A stretch of 64,000 nt of DNA from an uncultured Alphaproteobacteria bacterium (GTDB taxonomy: Bacteria; Bacteroidota; Ignavibacteria; Palsa-1295), in NCBI GenBank assembly GCA_964404255.1, contig CAYOJJ010000001.1, positions 243,639-307,638 of the forward strand. The letters run 5' to 3'. Positions within the stretch are counted from its first letter, which is position 1. Each line of letters starts with the position of its first letter. Below the pieces are notes generated by a model that was given only the letters and a program-made list of their open reading frames with translations, did not search any database and was not told where the DNA came from. Below are positions 18,845 through 28,705 of this stretch, one piece after another. Made by a program: the position numbers and the translations under genes.

Positions 18845-20408
18845 AGAATTCTACCAGTGCATTAAGTAAGAATGTGAAGACGAATAGCAACGCACCAATT
18901 AAGAAAAGAATGGTGTAGTGCTGATCGCCAAAAACTACTTCCGCCATTTCCGCGCCGATCGTTGCAGCGAAGGTGCGGACGGGCTCGAAAGGGTTTGCAC
19001 TTGAAAGCGAAGCATTACCGGTTGCCATCAGGGCGATCATCGTTTCGCCGAACGCACGGCCAAAGCCCAGAATGATCGCAGCAAAGACACCGGGTATCGC
19101 TGATGGTAATACGACACGAAAAGCTGTTTGCCACTTTGTAGCTCCAAGCGCCGTACTGGCATCGCGTAATTGCTGAGGCACTGCCGTTAAGGCATCTTCG
19201 CTGATGGTATAAATGATCGGGATAATGGCAAAGCTCATCGCAATACCACCGACAAAAGCATTGAGCCGGAATTGGTATCCGAAGATACTTTGCAAAACCG
19301 TTGCCATGACGATGAGTGCAAAGAAGCCGACGACAACACTTGGAAGGCCGGCCAGGAGTTCGATGATCGGCTTCAGTGTCTCGCGAGCCCATTTCGGGGC
19401 AAAGGTACTCGTGAAGATCGCAGCAAGAATAGCAAGGGGCGCTCCGAAGAGGATAGAAAGCAATGTTACTTTGAGCGTACCAATAAATAAGGGTACGAAT
19501 CCGAATTTCGGGACGGTAGAAACGGGCTGCCAATTAGTGCCAAAAAATAGCGAGGAGAAATCGGTCGCATGAGCACGTTCAGTGGAATCGCGTTTCTCTT
19601 TTGCAGCAGCGCTATCGGCTTCTGCTTTCGATGCAAGAAGGCTCGCCGAATCTATTGCGGCAACTACCGGCGTGGACGAGACGCTATCCTTGCGAACCAC
19701 TGCCGTCGATTTTTGTCCGGGAATAGTAGCAACACCTCCCTTTTCATCGGCGAACGGATCATAGACTTCCTGCTCCACTTTGCCATCGCCGGTTGTCGTA
19801 AAGACTTTGCCTTTCTTTGGCTCATTCGATGCGGTAGGTTTAGCTTTAGCAGTAGTATCTTTTACCGCGGCAAGCGGAGCTGCTTTCTTTGCCGGAGCTT
19901 TCTTAACTTCTTCTACTGCTTCCTTCTTTACTTCTTTTTTAGGAGCTTCTTCTTTTTTTGCATTGGGGGTATTATCGGCCGCAGGAGTATCCTCGGCAAA
20001 CGGGTCGTACACTTCCTGTTCTACCGTGCCACCATTTTTGGTAAGCTCTTTCTTTTTACCGCTTGCATCTATTTTCACGGTAATATCGGTGCCTTTTATA
20101 CCTTCCTTCGATTTAATAACACCGACGGTTTTCATCGAAGAGAATGCCGTATCTGCTGGAGATACTTTTACAGAAGTATCTGCCTTCGCGGTTGCAGCGA
20201 CGTGGCTTGAATCGGCAACCGTAACCACTTCCGGTTTCGAGGGTCCGAAAAATACCGGAGAAGCTTCGCGAAAGACGAAGACGAAGATCAGTATGATCGC
20301 GGCAAAAGAAACGAACGAAAGGATACGAATCAATGCTTCGATAACCTGTTCGCCGATGCGTTTCTTTTTACCGAGCGTCAGAGGCTTCGGTGGATTGATT
20401 GGTGACAT
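18804..20408 (-). CDS. pstC: Phosphate ABC transporter permease PstC with ~230 aa lysine-rich, repeat-containing insertion after TM1
   Basis: The C-terminal ~290 aa is canonical PstC ('LRDASTALGATKWQTAFRVVLP'). The N-terminal half has one TM, then low-complexity 'KKEEAPKKEVKKEAVEEVKKAPAKKAA' and a duplicated 'VEQEVYDPFA(E/D)' unit. Confidence 0.85.
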   Translation of the reverse strand: MSPINPPKPLTLGKKKRIGEQVIEALIRILSFVSFAAIILIFVFVFREASPVFFGPSKPEVVTVADSSHVAATAKADTSVKVSPADTAFSSMKTVGVIKSKEGIKGTDITVKIDASGKKKELTKNGGTVEQEVYDPFAEDTPAADNTPNAKKEEAPKKEVKKEAVEEVKKAPAKKAAPLAAVKDTTAKAKPTASNEPKKGKVFTTTGDGKVEQEVYDPFADEKGGVATIPGQKSTAVVRKDSVSSTPVVAAIDSASLLASKAEADSAAAKEKRDSTERAHATDFSSLFFGTNWQPVSTVPKFGFVPLFIGTLKVTLLSILFGAPLAILAAIFTSTFAPKWARETLKPIIELLAGLPSVVVGFFALIVMATVLQSIFGYQFRLNAFVGGIAMSFAIIPIIYTISEDALTAVPQQLRDASTALGATKWQTAFRVVLPSAIPGVFAAIILGFGRAFGETMIALMATGNASLSSANPFEPVRTFAATIGAEMAEVVFGDQHYTILFLIGALLFVFTFLLNALVEFYVRKRLIKRIQGR

Positions 20409-20512
20409 TATGATACATCCTTAATATGGTGACTGTAGTAAAAAGTCGTACCCGGAGAGCTTGCCGATCTATGCGGAGTGCTCTCCGGGATACGTATGTC
20501 ACCACAAAAAAG

Positions 20513-21355
20513 TTAGCGAACCGGGAAAAACCCTTCGTTCTTTACGACAGCCTGGCCATCCGGTCCGAGGATCCACTTGATGTATTCCTGCAGTGTGCCG
20601 GTGGGCTTCTGACGTAAGTAAATGTATAAGAAGCGGGTGATCGGGTAATTACCGGTCTTTACATTTTCTTCGGTTGGCTTATAAGCAGTACCGGAAGCTT
20701 CGATCTTCACGGCACATTCTTTAATACCTTTTGCATAGCCGGCACCGCCATATCCGATACCATTCACATCGCGCTTGACGGCGTTCACGACAGCAGCAGT
20801 ACCCGGAAGGGTCTGCGTGGAGCTGGCATAATCTTCATCGTTGAGTACGCGCTCTTTGAAGAACGAGTAGGTACCCGAGCTATTCTCACGACCGTAAAGA
20901 ATGATCGGAGCATCGGAGCCGCCAACTTCTTTCCAGTTCTTGATCTGGCCGGTATAGATACCTTTGAGCTGGGCAAAGCTGAGTTCGGTTACCGGATTGC
21001 CTTCGTTAAGATACACCGTAAGACCGTCCTTAGCAGTACGAATTTCAATACCGGTCGAGCCATAGCGTTCGCGGAGTTTGAGCTTCTCGGCATCTTTCAT
21101 CGGGCGCGATGCATCGCAGACATCGATTGTGCCGTTGATAAGAGCGCTGATGCCCGTGCCCGATCCGCCGCCATTCACCTGGATATTGACACCCGGATGT
21201 TCCTTCATATACTTTTCAGCCCAGCGCTGAGCGAGCTGAACCATGGTATCCGAGCCTTTGACGGTGATCGTCTCTGCCGGTGCGAAAACGAAGCCAACTG
21301 CTGCTGCAAAAAGGGCTGCAACAACGGTCAATTTCGCAATTAAAGAGGTTTTCAT
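20513..21355 (-). CDS. pstS: Phosphate ABC transporter substrate-binding protein
   Basis: Signal peptide and PBP-fold motifs ('VKGSDTM', 'GGGSGTG', 'ASRPMKD'). Confidence 0.9.
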   Translation of the reverse strand: MKTSLIAKLTVVAALFAAAVGFVFAPAETITVKGSDTMVQLAQRWAEKYMKEHPGVNIQVNGGGSGTGISALINGTIDVCDASRPMKDAEKLKLRERYGSTGIEIRTAKDGLTVYLNEGNPVTELSFAQLKGIYTGQIKNWKEVGGSDAPIILYGRENSSGTYSFFKERVLNDEDYASSTQTLPGTAAVVNAVKRDVNGIGYGGAGYAKGIKECAVKIEASGTAYKPTEENVKTGNYPITRFLYIYLRQKPTGTLQEYIKWILGPDGQAVVKNEGFFPVR

Positions 21356-21394
21356 ATTCTAAATTCCTTTACTTTCAGTTCTTGTATCCTATGA

Positions 21395-23035
21395 TTAAAA
21401 TTTGTATTGCATACGGAAGGTGAAGCGATCGTCGTGAGCATCGGCAACCGTTGCAACAACCGGGGCAGCAGCAGTACCACCATTTTTGGTGAATTCTTCG
21501 GTGGTCGGATGATCCCAGTCAAGCATAAGGCGCATCGAGCCCGAAATAAAGATATTAAGATCGACCGAAATAGTATTGGTAGCAAGGTCTCCACCAAAAC
21601 CATTGTTTGCCTGAACACCTTTAAGTGTGGTGCCGGTAGTACCGTTAACAGCAAAGATATCGGTACCTTTTACATCCGTATTCGGGTCATACATTTCGTA
21701 GCGAAGCGCTAATTGAAGGTTATCGCCAAGGTTCTGTACGAGCATTGCATAGAAGCCCATGACATTTTTGATAACCGTCGAAGCAACCGGTGCTCCGAGC
21801 GCATCGGCATCGGCTTTGGAGAATAAGTATGCCGAACCGTAGAAAGGAACATGGCCGGTATAAAGCTCACCCTTGATGATCGAGCCGCCGAAAGGCAGTA
21901 CCGATAAGTAAACTTGTGCATCGGCACCAAACAGGGAGCGATTTGACTCAAGGAAGGTATTGTTCTGGAGATTAAAGCTATGAGTGGTCTTCGGATTATC
22001 ACTCTTATGAAGTTGTAAAGCACCGTTAGTACCATCATACTTTGCGACGATATCCGAAGGCTCGGTAATACCACCCATAGAGATAGAGCCACCGATATCG
22101 AAGCTCAACTCATCGCTTACCATAAAAGGAATACGCAAATGACCGATGATTTCCTTTGCCGGCTGGCCAATGACAGCGCTGCTTGCAAGAGCAATTTTGC
22201 CGGTACCTACACCGCCACTACCGCTCATTGGTGTTCCGCTGTTGAACGTACCACCTGGCAATCCTCCCTGAGTAAATAACTGGAGAGCGCCTTCTTTTGC
22301 AACGGCAGTATTCACACTTGCCTGGAATGCAGAATCTGCACCGGCAGCAACGTAAGAATTCTGTCCGATCGGAGCAGAAGTGAAACCAGCTTTATTGTTA
22401 GCGCCGGGCAGAAAGCCTGAAGGACCTGTTCCAAAATTGTCTGATCCATTGAAAAGACCAATTTCGAGCAACGGCTTAATATCACCGAAGGTCGGGTTAT
22501 AAGCAACCTGCAAGCCGAGATCGCGCTCGCCGTTAAAGAAACGGTTTTCAAAAAGCGAACGCTCGGTGACTTCGCGGGCGCTTGAAGAGTAAGCGATTTC
22601 ATAACCGAAGGGGCGGTTCATTGCACCCATGGTGAAGGTAAGGTCTTTTGTAGCATACCAATCGGCGAAGACTTCTTTCATTACAAGGCCGTTTTCCGTA
22701 ATATCCGGATAAACGGTTGCACCGATACTTCCGGCTTTATGAACGAATTTAACGCGGCCACGACGAATACTAAAGGCGTTTCTGTTATTAGCAGCCGAAG
22801 CAAGAGAATCGCCATCCTGCCACTGCCACTGTGGCTGGACATATCCGCTGATCTTCAGCTTCGTAAGGCTATTCACAGTGTTTTCAAGTTCGGTTACGCG
22901 GTCAGCGACACCATCGACTTTACCGGAAAGCTCCGATACTTTTTCGTCGGCGGTTTGCGCCAGCGCCGTGCCTTGGCAGGCGACAACGAGGAGAGTCAAG
23001 AACGAAAGGGTCGTTCTAAGTTTCTTTGATAGCAT
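21395..23035 (-). CDS. Outer-membrane porin, phosphate-selective porin O/P-like, with N-terminal coiled-coil segment
   Basis: Signal peptide, then 'VSELSGKVDGVADRVTELENTVNSL' (coiled coil), beta-strand-rich body, terminal '...FRMQYKF'. Heads the pst operon. Confidence 0.7.
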   Translation of the reverse strand: MLSKKLRTTLSFLTLLVVACQGTALAQTADEKVSELSGKVDGVADRVTELENTVNSLTKLKISGYVQPQWQWQDGDSLASAANNRNAFSIRRGRVKFVHKAGSIGATVYPDITENGLVMKEVFADWYATKDLTFTMGAMNRPFGYEIAYSSSAREVTERSLFENRFFNGERDLGLQVAYNPTFGDIKPLLEIGLFNGSDNFGTGPSGFLPGANNKAGFTSAPIGQNSYVAAGADSAFQASVNTAVAKEGALQLFTQGGLPGGTFNSGTPMSGSGGVGTGKIALASSAVIGQPAKEIIGHLRIPFMVSDELSFDIGGSISMGGITEPSDIVAKYDGTNGALQLHKSDNPKTTHSFNLQNNTFLESNRSLFGADAQVYLSVLPFGGSIIKGELYTGHVPFYGSAYLFSKADADALGAPVASTVIKNVMGFYAMLVQNLGDNLQLALRYEMYDPNTDVKGTDIFAVNGTTGTTLKGVQANNGFGGDLATNTISVDLNIFISGSMRLMLDWDHPTTEEFTKNGGTAAAPVVATVADAHDDRFTFRMQYKF

Positions 23036-23156
23036 TGGTTTTTAAGCGTGAAAAAATAGATAATCGGATGCAAAATTACCCGATGCACATTAGATAAGTG
23101 TTACTGTAAAATTACCAAATTATTAAGTAGATAAAAATCCTGTAATATATTGATAA

Positions 23157-23573
23157 TTATAAATCTAACGGGCCTGCCTGTGTATCGGAAATGACTTGTA
23201 TTTTCGAAATATCTCTGATAAATACAGTGCGGACAGCATGATCGTGGAGCTCATATCCCGTCCACGATTTGGAATCCCCGGTAATACCTATAGCATTATC
23301 GACCTTGATACCCTGTAAATAAAACGTGTACACTTCTCCGTAGATCGTCGTTGCTTCGAGTTTCGTTTTAGGGGTCACCGCAAGACGATACATTTTGCCG
23401 TCTTCACCAAGAACAGTGATCTTTGTTACGACATTATCCTGATAATCCCACTTGATCTTTTCGGCAGGAAACCGCTTTTGCATGTCAGCATCGGGCAGCC
23501 CATACGTGTATAAATGCTGGCAGGAGCCAAGCAGCAAGGCAAGAACTACAACGATAGCAGCATTTTTTTTCAC
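23157..23573 (-). CDS. Lipoprotein, unknown function
   Basis: Lipobox 'LLLGSCQ'. 138 aa. Confidence 0.5.
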   Translation of the reverse strand: MKKNAAIVVVLALLLGSCQHLYTYGLPDADMQKRFPAEKIKWDYQDNVVTKITVLGEDGKMYRLAVTPKTKLEATTIYGEVYTFYLQGIKVDNAIGITGDSKSWTGYELHDHAVRTVFIRDISKIQVISDTQAGPLDL

Positions 23574-23762
23574 TTCTGCATACTACAGCGGAAAGCTCGC
23601 CTATGTTCCGTTGGTAATAATTTCTTAATATTTCGGTTATGCGGAGGCCTCCCTCAAGAGTTGCAGAAAGTTAATGATTCGGAGGAAATTTCCCTTTCCA
23701 ACACGTTGTTTTCCTGAGCTACGCCGAATTACGGTTTGGCAATACTTTACCTTGCACGCTTC

Positions 23763-25784
23763 ATGGCCAAGAAAAAGCTCTCAACCGAAGAAATAGATTG
23801 GATCGCCGTTGCCCGTACGGTTCTCACCTCCCGGGCTATTGACCGCATCGAAGAAACCGAGCTCGTCCCGGCCGGCCTGGTAACCTATCAGTTTTCCGCC
23901 CGTGGCCACGATATGATCCAGGCCATTCTTTCCGATAGGCTTTCGCATCCGCATGACGGAGCCACTGTCTATTATCGTTCGCGTCCGTTCGTACTTGGGC
24001 AGGGACTTACCGCCGAAGAATCGATGGCCGCTTCGATGGCCCGCTCCGGTGGCGTACATGGCGGCCGCGACATCGGCGTCGTACATTTTCTGCGCTCACG
24101 CGGAAAGGCAACAGTACTTCCGGCTTCCGGTGATGTCGGTGCACAGTATTCGCCGGCTATCGGCTGGGCGCAATCGGTCCAGTACTATGCTAATGAATTA
24201 AAGGACGAATCATATCAAGGAGCAATCGCCGTAGCGCTTGGCGGCGATGGTTCGGTAGCTGCCAATGGATTCTGGGCTGCACTCAATGTAGCTACGACGC
24301 AAAAGCTTCCGCTGCTATTCTTCATTGAGAATAACGGCTATGGTATTTCCGTCACCGGAGATTTCCAAACTCCCGGAGCGAATATTGCAAAGAATCTTGC
24401 TTCCTTCGGTAATTTAAAAATATGGGATGGCGATGGTACCGATCCGCAAAAAGCTTCTGCTCTGATCAATGAGGCAGTAGAGTACGTGCGTCAGTGGAAG
24501 GGACCAGGATTAATTCATTTGACGGTACCGCGTCTTGAAGGTCATTCCTTCGTCGATACTCAAAGTTATAAGCCGAAAGAATTACTGGAGAAAGAGCGCG
24601 CCAGCGATCCGCTCGAAAAGCTGAAGAAGTATATGATCGGCAAGGCGCTCAGCGCCAAGCAATGGGAGGATCTGGAAAGACAGGTAGAGCAAGAAGTAAA
24701 TGCTGCTCGTGACAAAGCAAAGGCTTCTCCAGCCCCGGATGTATCGACGGTTACCGAGCATGTCTTCTCTTCCAATAAAGTAACGATCGTTACGACCAAA
24801 GAAGAAGGCGTCCGTATGAACATGCAGGATGCTGTTCGTAAAACGCTGGAAGTTGAACTGGCAAGGAATCCGAAGCTGCTTATTTTTGGTGAAGATGTCG
24901 GCGCAAAAGGTGGCGTCCATGGTGCTACCGTTGACTTACAAGTAAAGTTTGGTAAAGAGCGTGTCTTCGATACTTCGCTTTCTGAAGAAGGTATTATCGG
25001 TCGTTCGGTAGGTATGGCGTTTGCAGGATTGAAGCCAGTACCGGAAATTCAATTTAGAAAATACGCCGATCCGGCAACCGAGCAGATCAATGATGCCGGT
25101 ACGGTACGCTGGCGTACGAAATCACAATTCACGGCAGGAATGGTAATTCGTATTCCGGCAGGCTTTGCAAAAAAGACGGGCGATCCCTGGCACTCGGTAT
25201 CGGGTGAAGCGGCCTTCGCTCATCAGATCGGTTGGTGCATTGCTTTCCCATCGAATGCGGAAGATGCCGTCGGTTTATTACGCACCGCGCTTCGCAGTGA
25301 TGACCCCACATTCTTCTTCGAACACCGTGCACTGCTCGATACGCCGCAAGGCCGTACTCCTTACCCCGGCGACGAATTCATGGTGCCGTTTGGCAAAGCT
25401 CGTGTAGTAAAAGAAGGCCGTGATGCAACGATCGTTACCTGGGGCGCAATGGTATCACGCTCGGTTGAAGCCGTAGAAGCGCTCGGCGCTTCAGTTGAAA
25501 TTCTCGATCTTCGTACCATCGTGCCGTGGGATAAAGAAGCGGTATTAGCATCAGTTCGCAAGACCAATCGCGTGATCGTTATCTGTGAAGACAACTGGAC
25601 GGCAAACTTCGCGGCCGAAGTCTGCTCCACGATTATGCAGGAAGTTTTCGATTCGCTCGATGCACCGGTCGAACGTCTTTCTACAATCGATGTACCAATC
25701 CCTTACAATGTCGGCCTAATGGATGCCGTGCTTCCGGGAGTCGATATGATCCGCACTGCTGTTTCAAAATTGCTTGCATATTAA
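23763..25784 (+). CDS. Fused E1 alpha/beta subunit of a TPP-dependent 2-oxoacid (pyruvate/branched-chain) dehydrogenase
   Basis: N-terminal half E1-alpha ('GGDGSVAANGFWAALNVA', 'LPLLFFIENNGYGIS'), C-terminal half E1-beta (transketolase-like 'GEDVGAKGGV', 'EEGIIGRSVGMA'). The called TTG at 23736 is less likely than the ATG at 23763 (MAKKKLS). Confidence 0.85.
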   Translation: MAKKKLSTEEIDWIAVARTVLTSRAIDRIEETELVPAGLVTYQFSARGHDMIQAILSDRLSHPHDGATVYYRSRPFVLGQGLTAEESMAASMARSGGVHGGRDIGVVHFLRSRGKATVLPASGDVGAQYSPAIGWAQSVQYYANELKDESYQGAIAVALGGDGSVAANGFWAALNVATTQKLPLLFFIENNGYGISVTGDFQTPGANIAKNLASFGNLKIWDGDGTDPQKASALINEAVEYVRQWKGPGLIHLTVPRLEGHSFVDTQSYKPKELLEKERASDPLEKLKKYMIGKALSAKQWEDLERQVEQEVNAARDKAKASPAPDVSTVTEHVFSSNKVTIVTTKEEGVRMNMQDAVRKTLEVELARNPKLLIFGEDVGAKGGVHGATVDLQVKFGKERVFDTSLSEEGIIGRSVGMAFAGLKPVPEIQFRKYADPATEQINDAGTVRWRTKSQFTAGMVIRIPAGFAKKTGDPWHSVSGEAAFAHQIGWCIAFPSNAEDAVGLLRTALRSDDPTFFFEHRALLDTPQGRTPYPGDEFMVPFGKARVVKEGRDATIVTWGAMVSRSVEAVEALGASVEILDLRTIVPWDKEAVLASVRKTNRVIVICEDNWTANFAAEVCSTIMQEVFDSLDAPVERLSTIDVPIPYNVGLMDAVLPGVDMIRTAVSKLLAY

Positions 25785-25799
25785 ATTCTCAAACCACCC

Positions 25800-26348
25800 A
25801 TGGATAGACTCGTAGCCATCAATTCAGTCGAAGATATTTTTCCGCAGTATCGCAATACGCCGATTGGCAAGTTGCTCGAGTATCACGATCTTAATCGCGA
25901 TCTCGATCCCATAACTGCGCCGCAATTACTTATCGGTATGTGCATGGATAACCGCAAGCACTTGCGTATCCCTGATAACTTCTCGTATATCATCCGTACC
26001 GGCGGCGCGAATCTGCGCTATAGCGAATTCAAAGTATCGTATGCATTAGCAGTCGGCAATGTACATCACATCGCTCTTATCGGCCATACCAATTGCGGCA
26101 TGGTGCATTTGGTCGATAGGAAAGAAGCGTTCATTAAGGGCCTTATCGAATCGGCCGGATGGGATCGTGCCCATGCCGAAGCGCACTTCGATCAATACGC
26201 ACCGATGTTCGAGATCGGTAATGAAATAGATTTCGTCCTTTCCGAAGCCAAGCGCTTGCGTACGCAATACCCTAAGATCATGGTTGCTCCGATGATCTAC
26301 AGAGTCGAAGATAATCGCATCTACCTTGTCAAAGAATCGGCCGAGTGA
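25800..26348 (+). CDS. Beta-class carbonic anhydrase-like protein
   Basis: 'CMDNR' and 'GHTNCG' match beta-CA zinc-ligand motifs (CxDxR / HxxC). Confidence 0.7.
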   Translation: MDRLVAINSVEDIFPQYRNTPIGKLLEYHDLNRDLDPITAPQLLIGMCMDNRKHLRIPDNFSYIIRTGGANLRYSEFKVSYALAVGNVHHIALIGHTNCGMVHLVDRKEAFIKGLIESAGWDRAHAEAHFDQYAPMFEIGNEIDFVLSEAKRLRTQYPKIMVAPMIYRVEDNRIYLVKESAE

Positions 26349-28583
26349 TCAGACGCTTCCGAGGTATTCGAACTGGTACGTTTCGGAGATTCTGAATACC
26401 TGAATGGCTCCGGAACAATCTTTGAAATAGAAGATCGTAGATGGTGAAGCCTTTCCATCGAGGCCAACTCCATCTATGACTCCGTACTTATTAAGCGCCT
26501 GCGCTTTTACGATCTGCTTCACATGATCGTCGGCAAGCTTTTTTGCCGCGACCTCTAATTGCCCCTGCATCCAGCCATAGAAAGCACCCGCACCAATATT
26601 TATACCGGCGCTTGCCAATCCATTAGCAATTCCAACAGCAATACTTTCTCCTTTTGCCATTGCCTCGGCAACAGCGGAAGTTACTTCACCAATGTTCTCG
26701 GCAACATCAGTGATCAGATCGAGATCGGATGAAGAAACATTGGATTGCGGATTCGCTTTGATCCAGGCTTGAAAGGCATGAAGAGCATTGGTATCCTGAA
26801 CTATGCATAGCGCCACATCTTCCGGAATACCGATCTTGGAAAGAGCCGCTGCCATTTTTTGCAGCACTGCCCGGTGAGCTGCGGCCAGAGCAGCCTTCTT
26901 CTGCTGTTGTTCTTTCAGGTGTTGTTGGTACTCCTGCTGCCTTATACGTGCAAACCGCTCCTCCTCTTGCTGGCTGACTGTTGCAACCGCCGCTCTGGCA
27001 GTCCGGGCATAATAGGCAAGCTGGGTCACCCAATTATCGCACGATTGGCAAATGCTCAACCCTCTAAGCCAGGAAGGATCGCCGCCGGAATTCTTTGCTA
27101 TGGCATCATCGAGGCTTTTTTGCATCGACTGCCGCATCTTTATAACCCGGCCGATGGAATTCTGTAAAGTGGTGATCGCCTCGGCGATCCTGTAATCGTT
27201 ACGTCCGATATTTTTTAAGGAATCGAGAAGCTGACGCATCGAATCGATCGAAGCATCGAGATGACGCAGGCATTCTTTAGAGGATGTAACGATCTGTTCG
27301 AGGCGCTCGGTCTCTTCGGTCTGTTCGTGTAAAAGTTCGGAGCATTCTTTGGTGAGACGGTCTATCGTCGAGCGATGAGATTCAGCATCCGAGATGGCAT
27401 GAGAAAGAGCATTGCTGAAATTGAATTTCATAAGTACCGATTCAACAATCGAAAGCGAGTCGGAGATAGCTCTATATACTTTATACGCCTTTGCCGCTTC
27501 CTGCTCCATGCTATCGGCAATTCTTCTATATTCAAAGCCGCCATCGGCTGAGGCAATGTACTTTCCGAAAAACTTTCTTTGCAAAAATTGATACGCCTGC
27601 TCCAGTGAATCGAAACGTTTACGTTGCTGCTTCAGGCTATCGATGCGGTGTTGCAGCGAATCGCGATACGCCGTAAAATGCTGAATATTTTGTTCATCGG
27701 TCTGAAGATCTTTTTTATATTCTTCAATCTGAGTTTTAATCTTATCGCAGGGCCCGGGCTCAGTATTCCCATCGGCAATCGTAACCGTTGAAGGAAGTGA
27801 GGCGAGGCGTTCACCTTCGGGTGTGATAAGGGTTACTTTCCAGATATAGGTTTTAGTAGGCGAAGGGATGATGCCCGTAATATTCGTCGTCGGCAGTGTC
27901 ATCGAAGGTGCAGTCGTTTGCTCGCGCAACGCAATGCCGCTCGAGGAGAATTGGGCCGTAGAAGTTTGCCCGGGTATTATGGGGATGATCTCAAACTCAT
28001 AGCGGTTCGCTCCGCTCATCGAGGGAGCGGCCATCCAGGTAAAGGTGATCGCTCCAATGCTGGTAGTATCTCCATTGGCAGGGGTGATAAGTATCGGGGC
28101 GGTAGCAGCTATGATCTTCGTGACGGCACAATCGCTTGAAAGCAAAGTAGTGCCGGTAGAAGGTGTGCTGCCCACTACCTGCACCGAGGCGCAGATCGTA
28201 TAGATACCATCCGGCAGTGTTCCGCTTCGCTGGGTTGTGGATGCCGTTGCGCCGAAGAACTCGATAGCAGAAAATTGGATCGCATCACTTCCGTGGATAA
28301 TAGTGCTTCCGGGCTGAAGTGTAATGACGACCCCGGCATTATCCCGAACTTTGGCAATGAGTTCACCATCTCGGGTAAGCGTGGCGCCTATCCTTGCCGA
28401 TATAGAATGAGTAGTAGGGTTCAAAAGCGAAAGGGTGATCGCGGCAGGGTCGCTTTGCCAATCGGAGAGATGGTTACTTACAGTCGGTGCAACGATTACA
28501 TGAATTGCCGGCTGCTGGGCCCGGCTTCGCTGGCCGACCAAAAACAGTACGGCCAGCAAGATGAGATGGATAGTGTATTTCAT
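26349..28583 (-). CDS. Large secreted protein: two N-terminal beta-sandwich (Ig/FN3-like) modules, ~350 aa coiled-coil, C-terminal Gly/Ala-rich globular domain; unknown function
   Basis: Signal peptide MKYTIHLILLAVLFLVGQRSRAQQ. 'ITFTWMAAPS...YEFEI' is FN3-like. A long heptad-like Q/E/R/L-rich stretch. 'IAVGIANGLASAGINIGAGAFYGWMQG' is a glycine-zipper-like segment. Confidence 0.6.
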   Translation of the reverse strand: MKYTIHLILLAVLFLVGQRSRAQQPAIHVIVAPTVSNHLSDWQSDPAAITLSLLNPTTHSISARIGATLTRDGELIAKVRDNAGVVITLQPGSTIIHGSDAIQFSAIEFFGATASTTQRSGTLPDGIYTICASVQVVGSTPSTGTTLLSSDCAVTKIIAATAPILITPANGDTTSIGAITFTWMAAPSMSGANRYEFEIIPIIPGQTSTAQFSSSGIALREQTTAPSMTLPTTNITGIIPSPTKTYIWKVTLITPEGERLASLPSTVTIADGNTEPGPCDKIKTQIEEYKKDLQTDEQNIQHFTAYRDSLQHRIDSLKQQRKRFDSLEQAYQFLQRKFFGKYIASADGGFEYRRIADSMEQEAAKAYKVYRAISDSLSIVESVLMKFNFSNALSHAISDAESHRSTIDRLTKECSELLHEQTEETERLEQIVTSSKECLRHLDASIDSMRQLLDSLKNIGRNDYRIAEAITTLQNSIGRVIKMRQSMQKSLDDAIAKNSGGDPSWLRGLSICQSCDNWVTQLAYYARTARAAVATVSQQEEERFARIRQQEYQQHLKEQQQKKAALAAAHRAVLQKMAAALSKIGIPEDVALCIVQDTNALHAFQAWIKANPQSNVSSSDLDLITDVAENIGEVTSAVAEAMAKGESIAVGIANGLASAGINIGAGAFYGWMQGQLEVAAKKLADDHVKQIVKAQALNKYGVIDGVGLDGKASPSTIFYFKDCSGAIQVFRISETYQFEYLGSV

Positions 28584-28705
28584 AGCGATAGTGAATTTAA
28601 TACCGTATAAACGTCCGAACTCTCATTGATGTGACTTTCATCGGTATCGAAGCGTTATACCGCTATTGTAATGGAGTTAGCATCATTGTTTTTTGAGGAG
28701 AAAAT

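Noticed and set aside
19569-20424. Two plus-strand ORFs (213 and 214 aa), Cys/Phe/Ser-rich, antisense to pstC
   Set aside because: They lie opposite the lysine-rich low-complexity insertion of pstC. Antisense translation of an AAG/GAA-rich repeat gives long stop-free frames. The compositions are aberrant and there are no motifs.
23036-23156. Pho box upstream of the porin-pst operon
   Set aside because: The only repeats are TGCATC copies spaced 15 bp apart, not the 7-bp direct repeats at 11-bp periodicity expected for PhoB.
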